The translations under genes were made by a program, and so were the position numbers. Shown piece by piece: positions 27,392 through 38,269 of a stretch of DNA of 64,000 bases. The stretch is from the NCBI GenBank assembly GCA_965112735.1, contig OZ218959.1:3286001-3350000 (forward strand), written 5' to 3'. This DNA is from Phaeosaccion multiseriatum (taxonomy: Eukaryota; Protista; Ochrophyta, other classes). The notes beneath the pieces are model-generated. The model saw only the letters and a list, made by a program, of their open reading frames with translations. It was not told the DNA's origin and did no database searches. Each line of letters starts with the position of its first letter. The first letter of the stretch is position 1.

Positions 27392-27976
27392 CGAGTGACG
27401 AGTGCCGACAGCAAGTGACGAAACAAACGAAACACAGCATAGCCGTCTCTCATTCGCAACGAAACACGCGAACCCTTTTCTACTCCGCCTTGTTTCATTT
27501 TATTTTATAATCAATTTAACTATCTACCAGTTGTTTGCTCACGACTCAGCGATGATTCACTCGTAGCGGCTGGAATCGCTCCATTTATTTTAGCTTGCTG
27601 TGGGTGGCTGTGTGCTCGGCCTGCTTCACTTGTGTCCAAGCAACAATGTGCGGTCCGTATTGGTTCGTGTTAACATTCCGTCATCAGCGATCCGCAGTGT
27701 TTCGTGTTAACAATCCGTCAGCGGTGGCGCTGTCCACTCCGATCCACTTCCTATGCTCCGCTGCTTGCGATAAGCCAAGGGCCGCGAATGCGTGAGTGCG
27801 TGCCTGCTGTGTTCACATCCTGTGTGCGTGTGTGCGTGCAAGCCTGGCTCCGCTTGAGCATCCGGGGTGGCTCTGCTCACAGTCACTCGTCGGTATGGGG
27901 CGCTTCCATCGATTCCTGAGTCCAGGCATCTGCGGGTCAGAGTCGGCGGGTGCAAGCAAAGCAGATATATATTACT

Positions 27977-28252
27977 CGGCTCCAGGCGAGGTTTCTCGGG
28001 CCCCCGATAAAGCAGAAGCCTGCGGCGGCCTGCGGCCGAAAGTAAGAAGCCTGCGGCTGGCCTGCGGCCAGAAGCCTGCAGAAAGTAGCGAGAAGCCTGC
28101 CAAGTCCCCCATTTTTCTCCCAGCCTGAGAAGCCTGAAGCCTGACCACTGGCCTGCGGCCAGAAGCCTGCGCTGGCCTGCGGCCAGAAGCCCGAAGCCTG
28201 GAGGGGGCTACGGCCCAGAAGCCTAAAGCCCGAGAAACCTCGCCTGGAGCCG
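27977..28252. mobile_element. 276-bp MITE with perfect 25-bp TIRs and 8-bp TSD
   Basis: TIR CGGCTCCAGGCGAGGTTTCTCGGGC and its reverse complement at 28228-28252; TSD ATATTACT at 27969-27976 and 28253-28260; interior made of AGAAGCCTG and GGCCTGCGGCC repeats. Confidence 0.92.
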
Positions 28253-28264
28253 ATATTACTACGA

Positions 28265-28583
28265 AGTACACCCTTAAGTGCAAAATAAGGTTGTCTAAAA
28301 GTAACGTCTCACCGCCACATGGAACTTAGCCCCGACTCGTCAGTCCTCCCCAACGGAACAAAGTTGATACCAGCCAGGACCCTGTGTCGAATCGATCGCT
28401 CGTGTCGGGCCCGCTGGAGCGCCACGGCCAATCGCCGCCGAATGACGCAAACAGCCCTCGCATAAGCCCTCATGTCCAGATGTTCGTGCCCCCCAGCCAT
28501 GTGGGTGGCGAGTGTTTTAATAAACGTCTGGGCAGAAGGACCAAATGCGCCCTGCTGTTCCATCCCAAAAAAGATGGTACCTC
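28265..28583 (-). mobile_element. Second RLE-type non-LTR retrotransposon 3' remnant
   Basis: FFGMEQQGAFGPSAQTFIKTLA..RAYARAVCVIRRRLAVALQRARHERSIR; clearly homologous to 5272-5580. Confidence 0.75.
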
Positions 28584-29275
28584 ATGCCTTGGGGACATCC
28601 CTTTTTAGGGTTGAAGCTCGCGTGTTGGAACACTGAGATTTGCCAGCTGTGATCTCAACCGCCAAATTTTCACTGCAGCACGTGTTGTGAGCCGCTGCAG
28701 CACGAGTTGTGAGCCACAGGCAGCTCCTTGGGAGGGGGGGGGTACGGAAGAGACACAAAGAGGCGATGGCGGTTATTATAGAAGAGAAAATGGCGTCGTG
28801 GCGGCGTGCTCTCACGCTCTCCAAGGGTGGGAGAAAGGCTTGCGGCTTGCGGACGCGATCAGAAACAAAGAGCGAGGAGCGAGAGACGGGAGAGAGTTGG
28901 GGCCAAGGGAACAGCAGGGGGCGATCAGCAGCTCATCTCTCGCCTGTTGTAGCAGGCCATCATGGAGGGCAATGCGCCCTTCAGCAACCCGAACGACTAT
29001 CGGGAAACGGGGAGGGGTGTGGTTGGGCAAGCCCTTGTTGGCCAACTCAACCCACATGCAAGGATCTTGCCACACAGGTTTGTTGCGAGAAAGTTGCCAT
29101 AATATGGAGGAGAGCATTCGCCAATCGAGATCGCACAGGCAGCGCAATTCAGATCTCAACCGGCGGGCCCTTCCACCCAGCAGTCAGGCCTCCGTCCTTT
29201 CGCTCACCCGGTCCCTGCCCTCCCCTCCCCTTATTTCTCTCCTCCCCCCTGCCCCCCCCCGCTGCTGTTCCACAG

Positions 29276-30372
29276 ATTGGCGCCATTTCCTTGGCGAGAG
29301 TGGGTGAAAACCAGGGATCGCGTCCTCGTGTTGAACCTAGTGCTCGTCAACTGCATCCCCCCCGACATGGCTGACGATGAGACGCTCAGGGCGTACTTCA
29401 AGCTGTGGGGGAACATTACCAAGATTGACATTAGGCGCCAACATGGCAGGTCGGTGGGTGCGTTCATAACGTACAGCAGCCAAGAAGAGGCGTTCCTCTG
29501 GTGAGTGAAAGTGGGGGAGAGAGAGGGGAGAGAGAGGCGGGATTTGGGTATCAGCCCGTGGGAGAGAGAGAGGGGGGGGGGGGGGGGGATTGGTTATCAG
29601 TCGGACATAGCTACAGACTTCTCTGAGTACCTAAAAGCCTAAAGGGTCCTTGTTGTGCCTCTCTTTCTCGCTTGTTCTTTCTCTTTCTTCGTATCGCAGC
29701 ATCCAAGGCGTGGCTCAGCAGCACCAGGCGGGGTTCTGTCGCTTTAAGGCGACCACAGGAGCGAGCAAGCTCTGCGACTCAGTCGAGCATGACAAGCCCT
29801 GCCACAACGCGTCGTGTCCTTTTCTCCATCAACGGACCACACCATTACTCTGCTACACAAAGGCGGAGATGGACATGGCCTTAAGGAGGGATGGCCCCCT
29901 CTTTGCATGGAAGGGTCTACTGACGACACCGTGGGTTCTCTTTGCTGCATGGGACCTACGAATGGAAATGTCGACCCCGGCGCAACTGTTGCAGGACCGG
30001 CACCAACAGCTATTCTACGGCTTTGGGCAGCCGCATCAGCAGCTGTTCTTTGAGCAGCAGCGGCGGCAGAACCAACAGTACCAGCAGTACCAGCTGTGGC
30101 AGAGTCGCCACCACCCCCAGCAGCAGCAGCAGCAGCAGCAGTACTACCACCCCCATCAGGAGCCGGAGCTGCAACCGGAGCCGGAGGGGCAGCAGCAGGC
30201 TGAGCCGCTGCGACACCGTGCGCCTGTCTCTTCCACCCCCACCTTGAGAGAGTGGAAGGAGAGCAAGTTCATGGACAGGCGCTTCGAACCGGAGAACCAC
30301 ATCCCCCCCTTGCATCCCGCGGTGGGCGAGGGACCGAGGGAGCACGTCGGCTCGAACCCGAACAGCCCGTAG
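29276..30372 (+). CDS. CNOT4/Not4-like RRM + CCCH zinc-finger protein, copy A (no RING seen, start unresolved, Q-rich tail); intron 29501-29699
   Basis: RVLVLNLVLVNCIPPDMADDETLRAYFKLWGNITKI..AFITYSSQEEAFL/CIQ..KATTGASKLCDSVEHDKPCHNASCPFLH..CYTKAEM parallels Not4 RVVQKNLV..YFGKFGKI..AYVTY..AIQ..KASLGTTKYC-x8-C-x4-C-x3-H..FTKEEM. Confidence 0.75.
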
Positions 30373-30437
30373 ACAGGCTCGATGAGCGGCTGGGGGATGG
30401 GGGGTTGGTTGGCGGTGTGCTGTGCAACTCTAGGTAA

Positions 30438-30689
30438 CATTATTGGAAGCGCTGGAAGTAGAGAAGGGCGCGAGAGGGGAGAGGGGAGAGGGGAGAGTGG
30501 CCCGAGATCAGCAGGGCGGGCAGCAGAGAGCAATTCACTGGGGCTTTTGTGTGTGCTTACAAAAGAAAGCACACACAACAAGCCCCAGCCAGTGAATTGC
30601 TCTCTGCTGCCCGCCCTGACCTCGGGCCCCTCTCCCCTCTCCCCTCTCCCCTCTCGCGCCCTTCTCTACTTCCAGCGCTTCCAATAATG
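30438..30689. repeat. About 250-bp near-perfect inverted repeat (foldback)
   Basis: Arm 30438-30558 (CATTATTGGAAGCGCTGGAAGTAGAG...) is the reverse complement of 30568-30689 with a loop of about 9 nt. The outer 60 bp are perfect, with a few mismatches and indels further in. Confidence 0.95.
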
Positions 30690-30711
30690 CACTCACTCTG
30701 GCCTTTTTGTG

Positions 30712-30896
30712 TACTTCTGTACACACGCAGAGAGGGGAGATTTTCGATGTGTGCGTACTGGCTGTGCTGTGCTGTACTGTACACACACGCAGAGAGGAGT
30801 AGGCAAGTAATTCACTCTGTCTAACTTCTGTACACACAGCAGAGAGGAGAGTTGTGTGTGTGCGTACTGTACTGTCCACACACGCAGAGGGAAGAG
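30712..30896. repeat. Degenerate tandem repeat of about 50-65 bp (4 units, core CTGTACACAC..CAGAGAGG)
   Basis: Core recurs near 30717, 30777, 30828 and 30873; two units also at 34425-34495. Confidence 0.7.
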
Positions 30897-33371
30897 TCGT
30901 TCAAGAGGGATGAAGACACAAGGATTGGTTTGTGTCTTGTAATGGGGATGGGGAGGGGGGGGTTGGGCGAAGGGTGTGTGATCCTGGCTGTGAGATGGGG
31001 GCCAAGTACACGTTTATTTACTCCCACCCCACTCCTTGCCGCGGAAGTAAAGTGTGTAGCGAAGGGTTATGATCTTTTCATAAACGACCTAATAAAGTAT
31101 ACATGTATCTCGAGAAAAAGATCAGAGGCGGGGGGCTGCAGTGCCACCATACAAGACGTAAAGCAGGGAGATGGGGATAACGATGGGTGTGTGCGTGCGT
31201 GTGTGCGTGCGTGTGTGCGTGCGTGCGTGCGTACGTGTCTCTCCTCTTCTCCTTCTCCGCGTACTCCCTGGTGATGGAGTCGCTGCCGCTGTACCTCGAT
31301 GCCCTCCTGGGGGGCTGAGGGAGGCTGCTGTGTCGGTTTCGAGATCCGACGACGACGACGACGACGACGACAAGGACGAGGACGATGAAGGCGGCGTGAG
31401 GACCAATCGTGAGCGTGAGGAGAGTGATGCAGACGACGCCCCCGTGGCCGTCGCAAGTCTTCAGGAGCTGTGCAGCAGCGAAGGGCAGACAGACAGCTCT
31501 TCCTGAGCAAGCGCGCGAAGGACACCTGGAAGGCAGTCTATGGCAAGATGTTGCGCAGAAACCTCCGCCACTGTTGGAGATGACCTGCGTTTGCCTCTCA
31601 AGAGCCCCCAGCTGGCGACGACGACGACGACGACGCACGGAGGAGGAGGAGCGGAGGTAGTCGCAGCGGGCACGGCAGGAGACGCCTCCTGTGTACAAGG
31701 GGCTTGGGAGAGGCTATTACGGTGGAAGCAAGCAAGCACCCCCAGCCCCTTCCCTCTTGGGATGACTCTTTACACGCGTATTTCTATTGATGCTTTCCCT
31801 GCTCTCACCCCTCGTTCAACACTCTTCGATGAGGAAGGGCTTCGTGTCCTTGTAAGACGACACGCGTTCACAGGAGTGACGTTGTCAGAGCTCTGCGCTG
31901 CTCTGCCCTGAACCTCGCTCGCTCGGCCTGCTTCACTTCTGTCCAAGCAACAATGTGGTCCGCATTGTTTCATGTAAAGACACCGTCAGCGGCGGCGCTG
32001 TCCGACTCCGATCCCGCTGCCGATGCTGTGTGGCTTGCGATGCGCCAAGGGCCGCGTGTGCGTGCGTGTGTGCGTGTGTGCGTGCGAGCTTGGCTCCGCT
32101 TGAGCATCCGGGGTGGCTCTGCTCACAGTCACTCGTCGGTATGGGGCGCTTCCATCGATACCTGAGTCCGGGAATCTGCGGGTCGGAGTCGGCGGCAGCA
32201 AGTGTCCAGAGCCCAAGAGGAGTATAATGTGCGTATAATATAATACTGGTTAGGAAAAGGGGGTACTTGCAAATCGAAAGTGAGAGAGGCAGTACCGCCC
32301 CCCTGGCGGTTTCGCGCACACTCCAACTCAACTGGATTTCCAGTCCCTCGACTCGTCTCTCCGACTCGCCCCCGCCCCCCTACGCTTCCCTACCTACATC
32401 CCCAACCCCGAGTTCTTACCTGCCCGTGCCCCTTTGACTCCAGAACATGGCCCCCATGTTCCCACACTCCCCACTGTTACAATCTCCCCCTCCCGCGCCA
32501 GCATCTCCGACACCAAATCGGACTCATCCAAGTTCTCCACCTCCCTTCCGCTTGAATAGAACAGAAATGGCGTCGTGGCGGTGGGAGAAAGGCTTGCGGC
32601 TTGAGGACGAGATCAGAAACACGGGGGAGAGTTGGGGCCAAGGGGATATCCACAAGGATCCCACAAGGGTCACCTTGGGCCTTGGGTGGCCCTTAAGTGC
32701 CATCTATGGTTGGGTGTTGAAGCTCGCGTGGTGGAATACGCAGATTTGCCAGCTGTGATCTCAACCGCCAAATTTTCACTGCAGCACGTGTTGTGAGCCG
32801 CTGCAGCACGAGTTGTGAGCCACAGGCAGCTCCTTGGGAGGGGGGGTACGGAAGAGACACAAAGAGACGATGGCGGTTATTATAGAAGAGAAAATGGCGT
32901 CGTGGCGGCGTGCTCTCACGCTCTCCAAGGGTGGGAGAAAGGCTTGCGGCTTGCGGACGCGATCAGAAACAAAGAGCGAGCAGCGAGAGACGGGGGAGAG
33001 TTGGGGCCAAGGGAACAGCAGGGGGCGATCAGCAGCTCATCTCTCGCCTGTTGTGACAGGCAACGATGGAGGGCAATGCGCCCCTCAGCAACAACCCGAA
33101 CGAGGAAATTCCGAAGGGAGTGGTTGGGCTTGCCAAAATCAACCCAGAACCAAGGATCTTGGCATTAAGGTTTGTTGCGAGAAAGCTGTCATGATATGGA
33201 GGAGAGCATTCGCCAATCGAGATCGCACAGGCCGCGCAATTCAGATCTCAACCCGCGGGCCCTTCCACCCAGCGGTCAGGCCTCCGTCCTTTCGCTCACC
33301 TGGTCCCTGCCCTCCCCTCCCCTTATTTCTCTCCTCCCCCCTGCCCCCCCCCGCTGCTGTTCTACAGCTGG

Positions 33372-34196
33372 ATGCCATCTCCTTGGCAAGAGGGGTGGCC
33401 CCCCAGGGATCGCGTCCTGGTCCCCAATCTGGTGCTCGTCAACGGCATCCCCCCCCACATGGCAAACGAAGAGACGCTCAGGGCGTTCTTCACACGGTGG
33501 GGAACCGTCACCAAGCTTCTCATTGAGCGCCAAGAGGGCGTGCTTGGCAGGTGTCCCTGTAAGGCGTACATCACGTACAGCAGCGAAGCGGAGGCATTTC
33601 ATTGGTGCGTCAAAGGGGGAAGAGATTGTGTATCAGCGTGCTGTCGTATCTCTGATGTCCTGAACGCCTAAAGGGTGTGTATGATGTGGCTCGCTTCCTC
33701 TTCTCCTTCCTTTTATCGCAGCATTCAAGAGGTGGAACTGCTGCACCGGGCGGGACAATGTGCCTGGAAGGCCACCTCAGGAGCGAGCAAGTACTGTACC
33801 TCGCTCTACCCTGGCCACCAGCCCTGCACCAGAAAGGACTGCCCCTTTATCCACCAGTGGGCCATGACCTCACTCTGCTTCACAAGGCAGGAGCTCGACG
33901 ACTCCTTGAGGACAGTTGGGCCCCTCTTTGCATGGAAGGGAAGAGTGCGATTGTGGTTGACGAGCATCGACTGCCTGGTGCCGCCGCTGTCGCCGCTGCC
34001 GCCGCCGACGAGCATCGACTGCCTGCTGCCGCCGCTGCCGCCGCCACAACAGCCTATTGTGCCTTCAACCCTCGCGCCGCTGAGGTGCGAGAACGACAGG
34101 CGCTTGGAGCCGCCCCTGCAGTCCCACAGTCCCGCTTTGTATGGCGTGGTGGGCGAGGCCTTGAAGCACGGAGCCGCATCTCGACCTCGGCCATGA
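33372..34196 (+). CDS. CNOT4/Not4-like RRM + CCCH protein, copy B (no RING seen, Pro-rich tail); intron 33605-33721
   Basis: MPSPWQEGWPPRDRVLVPNLVLVNGIPPHMANEETLRAFFTRWGTVTKL..KAYITYSSEAEAFH/CIQ..KATSGASKYCTSLYPGHQPCTRKDCPFIH..CFTRQEL; intron has the same position and phase as in copy A. Confidence 0.78.
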
Positions 34197-35036
34197 GGCT
34201 CACACTTCTACCCCTGCATCTGCCTCTGCCTCCGGCGACTCGTTCTTTCACCTTCATCCCTTCTAGGGAAGTTGCGAGTTTCTCGGAGGTGGACTATTAC
34301 GAGGCAACAATGGGGAAGGGGGGAGTGAGGTAGACAGACTCGCTGAGTAGCTAAGGGTTGGGGGTGTGCTTACTGCACACCCACCGAGTGGAGTAGGTTC
34401 TTCACTCTGGCCTTTTTGTGTACTTCTGTACACACAGAGAGAGGGGAGAGTTTTGATGTGTGTGTACTGTACTGTACACACACGCAGAGGGGAGAGTTGT
34501 GCAAGATGGGTGTGTGTTGAAGGTATTGGGGATAGGGGGGCGGGGGGAGGTGAGGCCGTCTGCTGGAACTACAGCGCATCACTCCCACACACACACACAC
34601 GGGGGAGGAGGAGGAGGAGGAGGAGGAGGAGGAGGAGGAGGAGGAGGAGGAGGGAGCTGCGCAAGCACATTGCACACAGGTCTTACGGCCCTCTCTGGGG
34701 CGCTAGAAAAAGTAAAGTAGGCAGAGCATGGTACAAAACAAAACAAAAATGTATATATGAAGGACGTACTTGTAATGACGATACAGAAACCTGCCGCGCT
34801 TCGGCTCTTATACGTCTTGGAGGAGGAGGGCACAGAGACGCCAGGCCAGGGCGAGCTGGGGGCGGGAGCTGAAGCTGCCCTTAGCTAGGCCGACAAGGGA
34901 TTCCCCCCGTCTCCCCTGTGTACGGTACTCTTCAACTTGTTCTTCTCCTCCTTCCACTCTTCCTTCTGCGTACCGGTGCGCCTCATCTAATCTTCCCTCT
35001 CCTCTCTCTTCAGCTCCTTACTCTTGAAAGCTATAC

Positions 35037-35278
35037 GGGAGGGAGGGGGGGAGGGAGGGAGGGAGGGAGGGAGGGAGGGAGGGAGGGAGGGAGGGAGGGA
35101 GGGAGGGAGGGAGGGAGGGAGGGAGGGAGGGAGGGAGGGAGGGAGGGAGGGAGGGAGGGAGGGAGGGAGGGAGGGAGGGAGGGAGGGAGGGAGGGAGGGA
35201 GGGAGGGAGGGAGGGAGGGAGGGAGGGAGGGAGGGAGGGAGGGAGGGAGGGAGGGAGGGAGGGGGGGAGGGAGGGAGG
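35037..35278. repeat. (GGGA)n intergenic tract
   Basis: Directly visible. Confidence 0.95.
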
Positions 35279-35934
35279 CAGGCAGTTATCATATCGCAAC
35301 TCGCTCACTAAGTCAGTCAGTCAGGGACTTGACACTTTTCCCGTCAGTCAGGTGTCAAGTAAATGGGTGTCAGCTTTCAACTCAGTTCAGTTCAGTTCCT
35401 TAGACCTTAACCAACATATCGATCCGCAACATCGACCCGAAAGCCGATATCACATGCTTCTGGGCCAACTTGACCCTCTTCTGAGGTGCTCCAGCCGCGT
35501 GTCTGAAGACTAAGGAGGAGCGTCACCTCACTACTGGTGTCCAACATCTCCTCACAACTCTCTCTGGTAACTCTTCCTGATACAATGACATACAAGGAAA
35601 AAGGGCGATCCGCCTCGAGGTGCCATCTGCTCGGTATTGGGTTTTTGGGCGATTGCGATTGGGTCCAAAATTCGACTGCTCGCACGCTGAGCGTGTAATG
35701 CCGGCAAGCGTGCGGCTCTGCTGAGCTTCTCATTGACATAATGCCTCATGCGTGTACGCCTGCCTCCTTCGCCTGGGCAGCCCGAGGACGATTGGCCCTT
35801 CTCCCCCCTTTGGACTCGAGCTTCAAATGAGTCCCAACCTCACCCCCCCCCCGTTCCTCCTCACACACAAGACACTATCTCACACCCTTCCTTTCCCCTG
35901 TCTCTGACACTCCTTCTAGAGTAGGCCAGTGATG

Positions 35935-36168
35935 TCAAAGAGCACGCCTCGCTCTCTTTCCCGAATGCTCTCCTTCACCATCAGCCCCCTCCGCTTCTCC
36001 TCCTTCCCCACCCGTCTCCTCCTGCAGTGTAAAGCAGTACTCGCCCATCAAGGCCTTCACCTCCCTCGACAGGCCCTCCAAGCAGAAGAACTCCGCCGCC
36101 TGCAGGGCCTGCTTCGCTCTGATCTCGTCAAACAGCTTTGCACACTCTTTCCTCACTCCACCACCACC

Positions 36169-36207
<39 letters not shown>

Positions 36208-38049
36208 CCCCTTCTTGTCACCCTGTTCCCGTTCTCTGGTGCCACTGCCGCTCTTGCCTCTCTTTCTCTTCCCTGCCGATCCAAGCCTCCTCGTCAGCAG
36301 CTCCTCCACGCTGCCAGTGGTGACGAACTTCACCACAGCCTCAAAGCCCTCCTCCGTGAAGTTCACTCCGTCGTACTCGAGCTCAACGTCCTTCTTCTTG
36401 CCCTTCCCCTTTCCTTTCTTGCCGCTCTTGTACCCATACTTGGCAGGGTCCAGTATAGTGGAGAGAATTCCTGCCGCAGAAGCGTCTTTGCCAGCGCTCT
36501 TCGTCCCATCCTCTCTTTCTTCCCCCCCTCCCTCGCTGACCTTCTCCATCAGCTGCTCCACCAGCGGGATGCTCAAAGCGTACAGCTTCTCCCCCTTCGC
36601 CCCACTCACTTTGTTCACCAGTCGCACATCCACCACCTCTTGGCTGCGCGTGTCTCCTTCACCGCTGCCGCCCAGGATGGAATAGTGCTCAGCTACGGTG
36701 TCCAATCTACCACAAAAAGCATCCCTCTCCTTCCTGCCTTTGCTGAGAAACGAGGCCAGCACATCACCGAAGCCCTTCTCTGCTGCCAAAGCGACGATCT
36801 TTCCGTCAACCGCAGAGCCCATCTTCAGCAGGAATGTAGCAACCTTCTCGCGGGCCTCCTGGCTGCCTGGCACAGCTAGGTATGTGGTAAGCACACCTGA
36901 CACGGCTTGTTCATCAGGATGCATGCAGGCCATCAAGGGACTTTGGCCCGTGTTGGTCAGAGCATCGATCTCAGCCTCAGCCTCCACAAGCAGATAAGAC
37001 AGCTCCATGCTGCCCAGAGCTGCGGCCACGTGTAGAGGTGTCATGGCAGTCGTGCTCTTCACCTTGACTGAGGCACCAGCTTGTATCAGCTCAGACGCGA
37101 CCTTCACATGATCCTGCGAAATCGCATCGAAGAGGGGGGTGAAGCCGTTCTCATCCACCAAGTCGAGAGAGGCGCCACGGCGCATGAGCTCCTTCACCCC
37201 GAGTGACCTTCCGGTGTAGCATGCCAAGTGAAGCGGTGTGGCCATGGTGTCATCTCTGGCATCAAGCTGCAGCCCTCTCTCCAGCAGAGCAGGAATGCAC
37301 TGGGCAAGACCGTGCTGTGCGGCGAAGTGCAGGAGGGTTCTACCATTTGAAGCCTTGACTAGCACGTCGGCGCCGCCCTTCAGTAACAGAGCCAGAACCT
37401 TCGCCCGTCCTCCCTTCTTCATCTCACGAAACTGTGTGCAGCAGTACTGGGCTGCCGTGTAACCATCTCCATCTGTCGCATTCGGCTTTGCTCCAGCCTT
37501 CAGCAACACTTCCACACTCTCAGGATTGCCATGACGGGCTGCGTGGAGTAGGGCCTCGTTGCCCTCCACTTCCGCGCCATGCCTCAGCAAGTACCTCAAA
37601 GTCAGGGGGTGGTCACCTTCAGCAGCGCAGCCCAATGCGGACCAAATACCATACTTCACATTGATATCCGCTCCTGCCTCCACGAGCCCCTTCACCAAGT
37701 CCAGGTGTCCCACACGTGCAGCGCAGTGTAGAGGTGTCAATGCATTCGCCCCCCATTTGCTGCCAATATCAAATCCGCACCTCTGCAGCAGATTGACGCT
37801 CCCCAGCATATTCAATTTCCTACGGGGGAAGGGATGGAGCGGAATTTCGGCCAGGGCATGGAGCGGAGTGTAGCCTTTCTTTTCGTTTCGCTTCAGGTCC
37901 ACACTGATTAGCACGGCTTTGAGGAGGAGGAGGAGGTGCTCCGTGCTGCTGGCCCCGCCCGAAGCCTCGCACTCCTTCGTTCCCTCGTACCACTCGTCCA
38001 CAAACCGAAGCGTATCCACAAACCGAAGCATATCCTTAGCAGATGGCAT
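35935..38049 (-). CDS. Intronless ankyrin-repeat protein (about 9 repeats) with C-terminal BTB/POZ-like domain, 704 aa
   Basis: TPLHCAARVGH, TLLHFAAQHG, TPLHLACYTG, TPLHVAAALG repeats. C-terminal VDVRLV..LYALSIPL..FEAVVKFVTTG..ALQAAEFFCLEGL is BTB-like (less certain). Confidence 0.88.
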
Positions 38050-38269
38050 ACTTCACGAAAAGAGAGAGAAGAGCACAGAAGGGGAGAGGAGGAGGAGGGG
38101 GAGGATTTTTGAGAAAAAAAAAAAAAAAAAAAAAAAAAACCATTGGCGACGAGGCGGATTCGAATAATCGAATCAAATCCCAAACGAAATTTATGAAATT
38201 CTTCGGTGCATACATACGCGTACGAGTTGCATGATAACGCCTATCCTCCTGCTGGATGTGTAGGTAGTG
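38050..38269. promoter_or_regulatory. Putative bidirectional promoter ankyrin/myotubularin, with poly(dA:dT) tract at 38113-38139
   Basis: 220 bp between divergent ATGs; the A-run could exclude nucleosomes (inference). Confidence 0.5.

Larger units (their letters stand above)
27616..34500. repeat. Tandem segmental duplication, unit about 4 kb
   Basis: Block X 27616-27958 matches 31923-32200; block Y plus gene 28607-29915 matches 32714-33940; block Z 30693-30800 matches 34402-34495; order is the same in both units. A third, internally deleted copy of part of Y is at 32560-32646. Confidence 0.9.

Noticed and set aside
28709-29374. 221-aa ORF (and its twin 32834-33526) as the N-terminus of the Not4-like genes
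   Set aside because: Its phase does not match the obvious acceptor at 29275, it has no RING pattern, and openness in both copies is expected from near-identity; left unresolved.
31504-31506. TGA reassignment or selenocysteine readthrough
   Set aside because: TGA is the apparent real stop for the ankyrin, calpain and Not4-like B genes; no in-frame TGA in conserved genes; no SECIS recognised.
32661-32696. Small hairpin as a Helitron 3' end
   Set aside because: Not followed by CTRR, and no matching 5' TC boundary identified.
35407-35830. 110-aa ORF or extra exon downstream of the ankyrin gene
   Set aside because: No recognisable motif and no convincing spliced model.
38113-38139. Poly(A) as a retrocopy tail of the ankyrin gene
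   Set aside because: It is at the 5' side and reads poly(T) on that gene's strand.
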